Positions 53,286 to 64,000 of a DNA stretch of 64,000 nt are shown here, in pieces. The position numbers and the translations under genes were made by a program. The stretch is from Octopus sinensis. Lineage: Eukaryota. Under the pieces are notes generated by a model. It was not told where the DNA came from. It was given only the letters and a program-made list of their open reading frames with translations, and did not search any database. Within the stretch, counting starts at the first letter, position 1. Each line of letters starts with the position of its first letter. The DNA lies in contig NC_043000.1 of assembly GCF_006345805.1 (NCBI RefSeq), forward strand, positions 45,818,001 through 45,882,000, in the 5' to 3' direction.

Positions 53286-54619
53286 TCCATCTAAGTTATA
53301 CTACAGCATGCCCAGATTTGTAAAATACCTTACTGTTTATTTATTCATCTTTGGTTATTTTATCTCTTGAATGAGGATATATTTTACTTCATACATACTT
53401 GAGTCAAATTACATAGCTTTTGAACCATGTTTTTGACACTACCCAATATTATCCCTGTTAATGTCAGTATTTTATGTTTCATTCCATGTCAGAATAGGTT
53501 GGATGGCTTTATTGAGGTTGTATTTAAGAGCAGGATGTTTTGCTTCTCCTGTCTCCAAATTCTGTTGTTATCTCATACAAAGGCATTATGTATATCTTCT
53601 AAAACCAGAACACACCCAATTTCACTCTGTATTAAATTTCTTGTGTGCAACAGAGAATCAAGTGATTTCACTGAGCTGCATGGTATTAAATGTGATAAAA
53701 ATTCTGAATTAAGTTTCCCTTTAATGAATTTCTCAACTTCCAAAGCCGTATTTCAAAACAAGCATACTATTTCCAAATAATAAACCTTTAATAAGCATTG
53801 GGTCAAATATCAGTGCCCCAACTGGCTAAAATCTTAATTGACTCAGTGATTAAAATTAATTTGTTTTCTTTATCGCCATAGCATTATCTACTTCAGAGTT
53901 TATTAATTAAATACAATTTATTATTATTTCTGCAAGATATGAAACAACTGAAGAAGCAGTAACTTTCAGTGAATTTACAAGAAAAATCATAAATATCTCT
54001 CTCTCTTTGAAATCAATAACAATTTTGCAACAATGCAAAGTTCAGAACTGGCAGCCATTCAACTTGAAGATTAGAGAGGAAAATCATATTGGTGATTAGG
54101 TAAAGGTTATATGGTTAGTTAAGTCACAATGTAGCTGGCAAAAATGATTCATTATCAGAGAGACATGCTAGGAATTAACAGTGGCAAGAACATGCAAACA
54201 TTTTGTTCACAAGCAGAAGTTAATTACATTGGGTTATTAATTTATTCATGCAAGAACACTGCTGGATTGAAAGGCATTCAATATTAAAATGAAGAAAAGG
54301 ATGATAAAGTTGTCAGATATGACACAGCGGAAGACTAAATGCTTTAAGGTGCTTATCTTAAATTCTCTTTCCAATATCAAAATTTAAATCTTTGTCAAGT
54401 AAAATTTTGCTTTCCAATTCTACAATATAAGAAAAAAGAATATTTGAAAGATCTGATTTACGCTATGAGACCGAACTGTAATTATAATATAACTGCCAGG
54501 ATAAGAATTAACGTTAACTTACCTGAGAACCCTGCTACAAACTAAAAGGATCTATATTAATTAAATTCTCAATGAACATCATGTTATGTCATGTAAGACA
54601 TGTTGAGGTTTCTGTTGGG

Positions 54620-54790
54620 CATGAAATAGTGTGGCTATGTTGTAAGAAGTTTGTTTCTCAAACACATGTTTCCAGTTTCAGTCACACTGCATAGCACCTA
54701 AGGCAAATATCTTCTACTACAGCCTCTTGGGCCTACCAAAGCCTTGTGAATGAATTTGATTGATGGAATCTGAAAGGAGACGGTTGTGCA
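54620..54790 (+). mobile_element. SINE family C head fragment
   Basis: GTGGCTATGTTGTAAGAAG...CAAAGCCTTGTGAATG. Confidence 0.65.
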
Positions 54791-54886
54791 TGTGTGTGTG
54801 TGTGTGTGTGTATGAGAGTCTCTCTCTCTCTCCCTCTCCCTGATGACTGATGACTGATAATATGTATATGTACAGATATACATACA

Positions 54887-54919
<33 letters not shown>

Positions 54920-54921
<2 letters not shown>

Positions 54922-55918
54922 TTCAACAATTGAGGGCAAAATTAATTAATTATTAATCAATTTCACCAAGTGTTCAGTATGCAAAGGGACCATTCAAGGC
55001 GAATTCAAATTATTACATTATATAAAAGGGCTTAGTAAAATAAATTACTTTGCCGCATACTGAACTCATTAGAAATAGCAGCTAAAAAACTTTTTTAAGC
55101 TATTTCTAGTACTTAAAGAAAATCTCTCTCATATATAGTGTTTGCTTAATTCAACTCACAAAAGTTTGGGGGTAAGGACATCGAAAAATCAAATGCTAAG
55201 GTTATTTGAGAACGTACGTTTCAAGATTAGTCAAAACAACACTTCTATCATCAGCTCAGAAATTCCTTGGTTTGGATTTGGAAACACTGAAAATAAGAAC
55301 ATACCCTTTCGAAGATCTGCTCGTAACTAACAGTGCCAACAAATTCAATAAGCAAGCGAAGAATCTCTGTTCTCCCCTTTCCACCAGCGTGGGTTAAAAT
55401 CATCAAACACTATGCTTATTTCGGTAAAATCCGAAGCATTAATCAGAGGGAGATTAATTATAATTTCAACAATTGAGGGCAAAATTAATTAATTATTAAT
55501 CAATTTCACCAAGTGTTCAGTATGCAAAGGGACCATTCAAGGCGAATTCAAATTATTACATTATATAAAAGGGCTTAGTAAAATAAATTACTTTGCCGCA
55601 TACTGAACTCATTAGAAATAGCAGCTAAAAAACTTTTTTAAAGCTATTTCTAGTACTTAAAGAAAATCTCTCTCATATATAGTGTTTGCTTAATTCAACT
55701 CACAAAAGTTTGGGGGTAAGGACATCGAAAAATCAAATGCTAAGGTTATTTGAGAACGTACGTTTCAAGATTAGTCAAAACAACACTTCTATCATCAGCT
55801 CAGAAATTCCTTGGTTTGGATTTGATGATAGAAGTGTTGTTTTGACTAATCTTGAAACGTACGTTCTCAAATAACCTTAGCATTTGATTTTTCGATGTCC
55901 TTACCCCCAAACTTTTGT
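54920..55918 (-). mobile_element. Young Penelope-type/retrozyme-like element: partial tandem of a 544-bp unit with two hammerhead motifs and a 96-bp terminal inversion
   Basis: Near-identical direct repeats 54920-55280 and 55463-55824; 55823-55918 is the exact reverse complement of 55702-55797; minus-strand TGAG-CTGATGA...GAAACGTACGTT-CTCA at ~55207-55258 and ~55751-55802. Confidence 0.75.
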
Positions 55919-56475
55919 TTGGTCATGTGGTTTGGTCATGTGGTTTGGTCATGTGGTCATGTGATGTATATGGATGAGAACAGCTGTGTAAAGAAGTGCT
56001 GAACTCTAATTGTAAAGGGTACCTGTGGAAGGGGGACTAGACTTAGGAAGACGTAAGATGAAGTGATAAGAAAGGATCTTTGGATACTGGGCCTCACTGA
56101 GGAAATGACGAGGGACTAGGAGATGTGATGATTTGCTGTACTTGATAAGGAGTGTCAAGCTAGGTAAAATCAGTCTTCTGCACATACAAGCTGGTTTTTT
56201 CAGGTGCCAGTGCCACTTAAAAAGTATCCATGCTGGTGCTGCATAAACACACTTGAGCTGGTGGCACATAAAATGCATCCAGCACACTCTTTTAAGTGGT
56301 TGGCATTAGAGGAAGGGCAACCAGCCATGGAAACCATGCCACAACAGACAATCAATGTCTGGTCAGCTTTGGTAGCTAGCTCCATGTCAAACCATCCAGC
56401 CAATGGAGAGTGGACATGGAGAGTGGACATGGAGAGTGGACATGGAGAGTGGACATCACACAATGATGATGATGA
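55918..56475 (+). mobile_element. 5'-truncated RTE LINE with family D tail
   Basis: Repeated WFGHV-coding 14-mer, then KKC*TLIVKGTCGRG..RKT*DEVIRKDL; 14-bp tandem CATGGAGAGTGGA x4 near 56402-56456; (GAT)n tail. Confidence 0.75.
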
Positions 56476-56480
56476 CGCTG

Positions 56481-56513
<33 letters not shown>

Positions 56514-56695
56514 TGAATGGATGGATGGATGTATGTATACATATATATGTATGCCTTTATGTATGTATATATACATATACATATACATACATATGTATAT
56601 TAATATATATAAGGATAAGATCGTTTCTTAAAATACCGATCTTATCAGGTAGCATGCGAATAAAAACCTCAAAAGGTAATAATAATAATAATAAT

Positions 56696-56745
<50 letters not shown>

Positions 56746-57014
56746 CAAATCGGTAATAAAATAACAAGACACCAAAAGTCAAAAGAGTATACACATAGAA
56801 TGTATTAGGTTGATACTCAATATAAGACAGATACTTTGCTAAACTTTACCAAAATCATTATTATATTTAAAATTAATTGAAACATATATACCGTCTAGTT
56901 ATTAGAAATAGAGACAATGAAAGAACAGAGATAGGGAAAGAATTACAACACTTTACTATCAGAAATGTGACATTAGCAAATCCAAATCCTTGCTCTTTCA
57001 AATGTAGCAATACT

Positions 57015-57045
57015 AAAAATAATAATAATAATACTAATAATAATG

Positions 57046-57078
<33 letters not shown>

Positions 57079-57130
57079 TAATAATAATAATAACTATAAT
57101 AATAATAATAATAATAGTAATAATGATATT
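57015..57130. repeat. (AAT)n microsatellite
   Basis: Direct inspection. Confidence 0.9.
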
Positions 57131-57439
57131 AAATAATGTGAAGAATTTAAGGCATAGGCAACTAAAATAAAGCTTTAACGAATCTATAGGCATTTGGTAA
57201 GGTTAGTTGATAAAATATATATATCTTTAAATGAAAAGGAGGCTTAAATATAACTAAAGACACACTAAAAATACCGACTCACTAAAACCGCTCATCTCCA
57301 TAAATTGAAGAAGTGAAGGCTTCTTGGCAAAGCGAAAGTGTCATGTTATCTTTGTTAGAATAAAAGTATATAATTTGATGCAATACAGTAGTATACAGGG
57401 CAAAAAATGAAAAATTATTATTGATTTCTTTTCTTTATA

Positions 57440-57477
<38 letters not shown>

Positions 57478-57500
57478 TATATATATGTGTGTGTGTGTGT

Positions 57501-57537
<37 letters not shown>

Positions 57538-57638
57538 GTGTGTGTGTGTGTATATACATACATATGCTCACAATCGCACATACATACACAGACACACACT
57601 CATACATTCACAGTCATATCTACAAACATATACATACA

Positions 57639-57669
<31 letters not shown>

Positions 57670-58017
57670 TGTGTGTGTGTGTGTGTGTGTATCAACAGTT
57701 AAATTACAACATTAAAGGAATACAATATTATATAGAATAGAATAATAGAATGGTTGGCATTCAGACTCATAAAAAAAAACAACAGAAAATAATTTCACTG
57801 AAAATATTGTTTATACTGGACACTTATCAAAGATAAATAGTGGCGTAATTTTCATTTATTGTAATTTCATATAATTTTTATTTATTGTTCTCATAATAAT
57901 TTTTCATTTTACACAGTATAACATATAATTTAACAACTTGTTTTCACTTTACCTAGAAGTTTTCAGTTTTCCATAATTAAATTGTATTAAACGGTTCAGT
58001 ATGAGGAATACATTTAA

Positions 58018-58745
58018 TCATCATCATCATCATCATCATCATTTTTTTAATGTCCGTTTTCCATGCTGGCATGGGTTGGATGGGTTGACAGGAACTGACC
58101 AGTTGGGGAGCTGTCCTGACTTTAATTATCAGTCCTGACTTCAGTTGTTGTGGCATGATTTCTCTGGTTGGATGCCCTTCCTAATGCCCACCACTTTACA
58201 GAGTGTGCTGGGTGCATTTTACGTGCCACTGGCAAAGAGGCATTTGTGCAGCACCTGCACAAGTGCATTTTATGTGGCTCAGGTACCTATAAAGGACAAG
58301 CCAGTATATATGGATGGCAGTGATTTTACTTTACTCAATGTGTCTTCTCAAGTACAGCCAATTACCACGACTCTCAGTTCCTAGTTATTTCCTCAGTGAG
58401 GCCCAGAGTCTGAAGATAATTTCTCATCACTTCATTCAACATCATCCTGAATCTTTCTCAGATTTCCTCCACAATAAGGCTTTCATGGGTTTCCTCCACA
58501 ATAAGGGATCAGTACTTTTTTATGCAGCTGTCCTCATACATCATATGACCTAACCAGTGCGGTCCTCTCTCTTACATCTGATGCCTCTTATGCACAGTTT
58601 ACCTCTTAAATGGTTTACACTTTGTCGTGTGAGCATACTAGCTTCATTTCTTTTAAGCCTTTGTAAGTCCTCTGTGGTAAAAGCTCATGTTTCATTGCCA
58701 TGTGGCATAGCAGTACATACACAGGCATCATACTGTCTGCCTTGG
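58018..58745 (-). mobile_element. RTE LINE 3' fragment with family D tail
   Basis: Diverged reverse complement of 55960-56400, extending further into the ORF. Confidence 0.7.
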
Positions 58746-59080
58746 TATTACTATGGAATAAAGAAAATTACAGAAAGGACACATTCTGCTGGCCAAGCAT
58801 TTCATGTGCTTTCACGTTCTTCAACTATTAATTGTTACTTTCATCAGCGCCTCGTCAGTGAGAGTATTTCTAGAATTTATTACCTCTCCACCCTTCTAGT
58901 TTTGCTGATATGCTTTTTCCTCTTTCTCTTTTATACTGTTCGTTACTTTCCGCCATTCATGCTTTTCCTCTTTGCCATCACCACAGGGCTTGTCTAAGTA
59001 GCCTGGAGTGGGAAGAGACATGTCCTAGGCATTATAGTTTTGTTGATGCTTCTTTTGTTGTTTTTTTTTGTTGCTGTTGC

Positions 59081-59310
59081 TTTCTTTATTACCCACAAGG
59101 GGCTAAACATAGAGGGGACAAACAAGGATAGACAAAGGGATTAAGTCGATTACATCGAACCCAGTGCGTAACTGGTACTTAATTTATCGACCCCGAGAGG
59201 ATGAAAGGTAAAGTCTTCCTCGGCGGAATTTGAACTCAGAACGTAATGGCAGACGAAATACTGTTAAGCACTTCGCCCGGCGTGCTAACGTTTCTGCCAG
59301 CTCGCGGCCT
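59081..59310 (-). mobile_element. SINE family A, full-length
   Basis: Reverse complement of 1591-1819. Confidence 0.88.
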
Positions 59311-59319
59311 TAATTTCAT

Positions 59320-59800
59320 TTCTATAGTTCCTGCTGCTACTTTTTTCATAGCTTCTAATTTCACTGTGGCTCTGGTTGTATGTTATTGTCATCCTACTGC
59401 TTCTTTTGTTGATAGTGCTACAGCTGCTGTGCCAATGGTTTTGGCAGCAGTGGGGAGTCTTCTCTTCTCCTTTGTTGCTGATGGAAACCCATTGGTGATT
59501 TGTGTCACCATATAAATGACTTTGTCTTTCTGCCCTCAACCTCCATGAACAATTGCAAGCTAGATGGAAAATTGATGAGGTCTGAAATGTCTTCCATCAT
59601 AATTTCATGATGTGTATAAATCAATAGTTTAATACCCATAGCTGACCAATTTTTCATTTGAAGCCTTTGAACATGCAACATGTTCATTTTCTTTCTTCAC
59701 CAAATAAAATGGTTCACCTTGCTAGCAGATGTTTATTTCTGGAGGAACATCAACAATCCTACAACTGAAGTAGGTCATTGTGAAGACCAGTTTGTCATTT
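59320..59800 (-). mobile_element. Very degenerate LINE ORF1-like fragment
   Basis: RIVDVPPEI and FMEVEGRKTKSFIW weakly echo the ORF1 at 29215-29530. Confidence 0.3.
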
Positions 59801-59813
59801 TTTAAGGTAGGTC

Positions 59814-60205
59814 AGGCGTGGTTGTATGGTAAGAAGTTTGCTTCCCAACCACCTGGTTCTAGGTTCAGTCCGATTGCATGGCACCCTAGGCAAATGCCTT
59901 CTGCTATAACCTCAGGCTGACCAAAGTATTGTGAATGGATTTGGTAAGCAGAAACTGAAAGAAGCATGCTGTGTGTGTGTGTGTTTTTTTGTGTGTTTGT
60001 GATTGTCTCCCAGCACTGCTTTTCAACTAGTGCTGATTCGGTTATGTCCTCATAACTTAGCAGTTTGGCAAAAAATGACAAACAGAATAAGTACCCAGGC
60101 TTAGAAGAAAAGAAGTACTGGGTTGAGTCATTTGACTAAAAGTTTTCTTCCAGGCAGTGCCCCAGCATGACCACAGTCTAATGACTGGAACAAGTAAAAG
60201 ATAGA
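59814..60205 (+). mobile_element. SINE family C, diverged
   Basis: Head, central TG run and tail all recognisable. Confidence 0.8.
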
Positions 60206-60597
60206 AGATAATAGAGTGCTTTCTGGCTTCGTACTTTATCACAAATCTCACTTCCACTCTGCTGAGTCTTTCTCCTCAAGTTACATGTGCTTTGGTGCCC
60301 TAAAGTGTTTTGAGTTACTAATGAATTTGGTTTGTGTCACATGTTCCACTTTTTTAGATCTTAACTCTATAGATTTATATATAATTTTCCTTTGCATGTG
60401 TGTGTGTGTGTGTTTGTATGCTCCTGGGCTTATTGCAATATGTTTAAAGATATAGTTGTCCAGGTCTACCTTGAAAATGTCTTACACTTTTCAAATCCTG
60501 AGAGGATAAAGACAATTCTTTTGTCTGAACAAAAACCAATGAACTGGCTAGCAATAGATTTGTTTGCCACATGCTGTCGTTATTAACAGTGTTACTG

Positions 60598-60930
60598 AAG
60601 GCACATGGCTCAGTGGATACAGTGTCAGGCTCACAATCATGAGGTAGTGAGTTTGATTCCCAGACCGGGTTGTGTATTTTGTTCTTGAGTAAGAAAACTC
60701 TATTTCATGTTGCTCCAATTCCCTTAGCCACAGAAGTGAGTTGTGACATCACTGGTGCCAAGCTGTATCAGCTTTTATCTTTCCCTTGGATGTAATGGGT
60801 GGCATGTAGAGGGGGGGGGGCTTGTATGCATGGGAAACTGCTGGTCTTTCATAAACTTTGCCCAGACTTGTACCTACAAGGGGAACTTCTGGGTGCAATC
60901 CTATAATCAATCATGACTGAAGTATCTTTC
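60598..60930 (+). mobile_element. tRNA-derived SINE, diverged
   Basis: GGCACATGGCTCAGTGG (A box), GAGTTTGATTCCC (B box). Confidence 0.65.
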
Positions 60931-60967
60931 TTTAACCCTTTTACCCTTTTACAACTTTAATGCTAGA

Positions 60968-61205
60968 ACTGGTGGTGGTAGTGGTGGTGGAGATGGTGCT
61001 GCTGCTGGTGGTGGTGGTGGTGGCGCTGGTGCTGAAGGTGGTGTTGGTGGAGGTGGTGCTGGTGGAGGTGGTGCTGGTGGGGGTGGTGCTGGTGCTGAAG
61101 GTGGTGCTGGTGCTGAAGGTGGTGTTGGTACTGGTGGAGGTGGTGCTGGTTGTGCTGGTAGTGGTGGAGGTGGTGGTGATGGTGGTGCAATTACTGGAGG
61201 TGTAG
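60968..61205. repeat. (GGT/GCT)n trinucleotide low-complexity tract
   Basis: Source of the poly-V and poly-H/Q ORFs. Confidence 0.9.
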
Positions 61206-61516
61206 TGTTGCTGTTGCTAAATTTTATATTTCATTATTCTCATTTTCAATGCTGTTTCTTTACTTTTGTTATCCTTACCATTATTGGTTTCCCTGCAGTT
61301 TATTGCAGTTTTGCCCTTGCTGGTGGTGGTGGTAGTGGTGGTGCTAGTGTCACTGACAGTTCTTCCATTTAGGTTCCCATTGTCATTGTTGATGCTGTTT
61401 CTGTGAACATTGGTAGAAGTCTTTTCATTTAAGATGTGGGAAGTGGCAGTTTGTGTTTACCTCTTTCCTGATTCAACTTCCTGATGAAAATTTTGATTCC
61501 GTGTTTTTCTTTTTAA

Positions 61517-61734
61517 CCCTTTAGTGTTCAGATTATTCTATCAAACATAATGCTTATTGATTCACATTGATTTGAATTAATCATGCCTTATCTCATATCT
61601 TCAAGATGTTGATGGTGTAATTACTTAATGTAGAATAACATTGTAGAGTAGGTGTGAGAGCCTGGATCTGGTCAGTTTGAACATAAAACAGATTAAATAT
61701 TTGGCCGGATATGGCCGGTTTAAATACTAAAGGG
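61517..61734. mobile_element. piggyBac-type MITE (218 bp)
   Basis: TTAA at both ends; TIRs CCCTTTAGTGTTCAGA / TTTAAATACTAAAGGG. Confidence 0.8.
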
Positions 61735-62114
61735 TTAAACAATGGATAAATTCCAGAGGATCTTCAAACTTCATCCCCAAACGGTAAAAATAAAGAATTA
61801 ACCAACTCCTCATGATCCTAGTTTATCTTCCTAGCAGCACAAAGCAAAATTTCAAATCATGGATCATTAAATCTCAGTTAACATATAAAAAACTTATGAG
61901 TGACTTAGAAGGGCATTCTACTAATACCAATACCAAAATAACAACAAATGGTTCCAAATTTTGGCACAGGACCAATAGTTTTCGAAAAGAAAAAGAAGTC
62001 AATGAAAGGCAAAACTGACCTCAGTGGAATTTGAATTCAGAACATAAAGGGGGGCAAAAAGCAACTGAGTATTTTGTCCAGTGTACTAACAGTTCTACCA
62101 GCTCACGACCTTCT

Positions 62115-62138
62115 TAATAATAATAATAATAATAATAA

Positions 62139-62213
<75 letters not shown>

Positions 62214-62245
62214 TGACAATGATGATGATGATGATGATGATAATT
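62115..62245. repeat. Graded trinucleotide microsatellite (AAT)(AGT)(AGC)(GAT)
   Basis: Direct inspection. Confidence 0.9.
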
Positions 62246-63075
62246 TTGATCAAAATCTACACACCAATGGCTAAAAGAGACAAGTCTGAAAGGGGAAACA
62301 GAAGGTTTTGTTATTGCTGTGCAAGATCAAAGCTTACCTACCAGAAACTACCATGCAAACGTCCTTAGAGATGGATCTGACCCCTCGTGCAGAATTTGCA
62401 AAAAATTCACAAAGATAATTGATCATGTTGTTTCTGGCTGCCCAGTCCTCGCTAAACGGGAGTAACTCATAAGACATGACAGACTAGGGCAGTACATCCC
62501 ATGGAATGCTTGTAACTACTACGAAATTAAATCCCATGGTAAGTGGTACAGGCACCATCTAGAGGATGTAGTAAATGGCGAGGGTGTCACCATCCTTTGG
62601 CACTTCCCGACACAGACAGACAGAAAATTTTACTCCAGTCTACTAGACAGTGTGATCAAGGACTACAACAGAGGAATTTGTCTGCTAATAGATATGTCTG
62701 TCCCACAAAATCAAAATGTCTCAAGAAAGAAATACGCAAAGATTTCTCACCATAAAGATCTGCAAAATGAAATTACAAAAATGTGGAAGCTTAGTACTAC
62801 GATAATACCAGTAGTAATTGGTGCGTTGGGAATAAATAAAGAAGGGAGCTGAGAAGTATATTAAGCAACTCCCTGGTGACTCCAATCTCTATGAACTACA
62901 AAAGATAACCTTGATGGGCGCAACCCTTATACTACAGAAAGCACGCTCCATCTAAAATGGAATAAATGTGGTGATAATTTTAGTATGTATAACAAAACAA
63001 AAGTACACTTGCTACTCTTGGCCTCCAGAGGATGCCCAGTAGCTGAAATAAAGTTATAATGAACAGAAGCCATAA
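62246..63075 (+). mobile_element. R4/Dong-like non-LTR retrotransposon 3' part (CCHC knuckle + restriction-like endonuclease)
   Basis: ETEGFVIAVQDQSLPTRNY...CRICKKFTKIIDHVVSGC...IRHD...ILW...LLIDMSVP...KDLQNEITKMWK...IIPVVIGALG; flanked by trinucleotide microsatellites. Confidence 0.88.
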
Positions 63076-63119
63076 ATGATGATGATGATAATGATGATGA
63101 TGATGATTTTCTTAAACAT

Positions 63120-63527
63120 AGGCACATGAGTGGCTGTGTGGTAAGAAGCTTGCTTACCAACCACATGGTTCTGGGTTTAGTCCCATTGCGTGGCACCTCG
63201 GGCCAGTGTCTTCTACTATAGCCTCAGGCCGACCAAAGCTTTGTAAGTGGATTTGGTAGATGGAAACTGAAAGAAGCCTGTTGTGTGTGTATATGTGTGT
63301 GTGTGTGTATATATGTATGTGTGTTTGTTATTTGTGTCTGTGTTTGTCCCCCCACCATCACTTGACAACCGATGTTGGTGTGCTTACATCCCTGCCACTT
63401 AGCAGTTTGGCAAAAGAAACCAATAGAATAAGTACTAGGCTTACAAAGAATAAGTCCTGGGGTCGATTTGTTCAAATGAAGGTGGTGCTCCAGCATGGCC
63501 ACAGTCAAATGACTGAAATAAGTCAAA
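63120..63527 (+). mobile_element. SINE family C, full-length
   Basis: Matches the other copies. Confidence 0.9.
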
Positions 63528-63749
63528 AACGAATTCCCTAGAACAAATTTTCTTCTGTTTTCTTAAAGTGTTTTCTTAAACATTCTCTAGAACAATACTA
63601 TCTGCAAAACCAAATATATGACACCCTAGGCATAACATCAACTTGAACTTCTAACTTGTTGTCTCTTGAGGTTTCTGGGTGAGACTTGGAGTCAACTTGT
63701 ACAAATACAAAGCAAAGTCAAACATATAATAATAATAATAATAATGATG

Positions 63750-63790
<41 letters not shown>

Positions 63791-63799
63791 AATAATAAT

Positions 63800-63997
63800 A
63801 AGGGTTTCAAATTTTGGCATAAAGCCAGCAATTTTCAGGGAAGGTGGTAAGTTAATTACATCAGCCCCAGTGCTCAACTGGTAAGAATGAAAGGCAAAGT
63901 TGACCTTATTGGAATATGAACTCAGAATGTAAAGACAGATGAAATGCCATGGAGCATTTTACCCAGCTCACTAACAATTCTGCCAGCTCACCACCTT
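63800..63997 (-). mobile_element. SINE family A variant
   Basis: GAATGAAAGGCAAAGTTGACC...TTCTGCCAGCTCACCACC. Confidence 0.75.
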
Positions 63998-64000
63998 AAC

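Noticed and set aside
60960-61205. Poly-His/Gln or poly-Val ORFs
   Set aside because: Trinucleotide low-complexity tract without splice or homology support

Overview
AT-rich, microsatellite-dense eukaryotic DNA. The SINE families and the (TA)n/(CA)n/(TATG)n load look like an Octopus (coleoid cephalopod) genome; this is inferred from repeat recognition, not from a search. I can support no intact host protein-coding exon, so the window looks intronic or intergenic, and almost all listed ORFs are microsatellite or repeat artefacts. It holds many decayed transposons: several tRNA-derived SINE families, RTE, R4/Dong and L1/Tx1-like LINE pieces, a Penelope-like (GIY-YIG) element, Tc1 and mariner elements, a hAT (Buster/Charlie-like) remnant, a Helitron and a piggyBac-type MITE. 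Four observations stand out. (1) A 6.8-kb satellite (32260-39080) grew from 36 bp of a mariner transposase coding sequence inside the element itself; it has higher-order repeats and a nearly open antisense His/Met-rich frame. (2) Several minimal hammerhead-ribozyme motifs occur in Penelope-type terminal repeats, including a clean one at 24436-24489 and a 544-nt tandem unit bounded by two hammerheads (retrozyme-like) at 54920-55918. (3) A foldback Tc1 is built from two 3' halves. (4) A mariner derivative encoding only the DNA-binding domain is inserted inside the GIY-YIG motif of a Penelope element.
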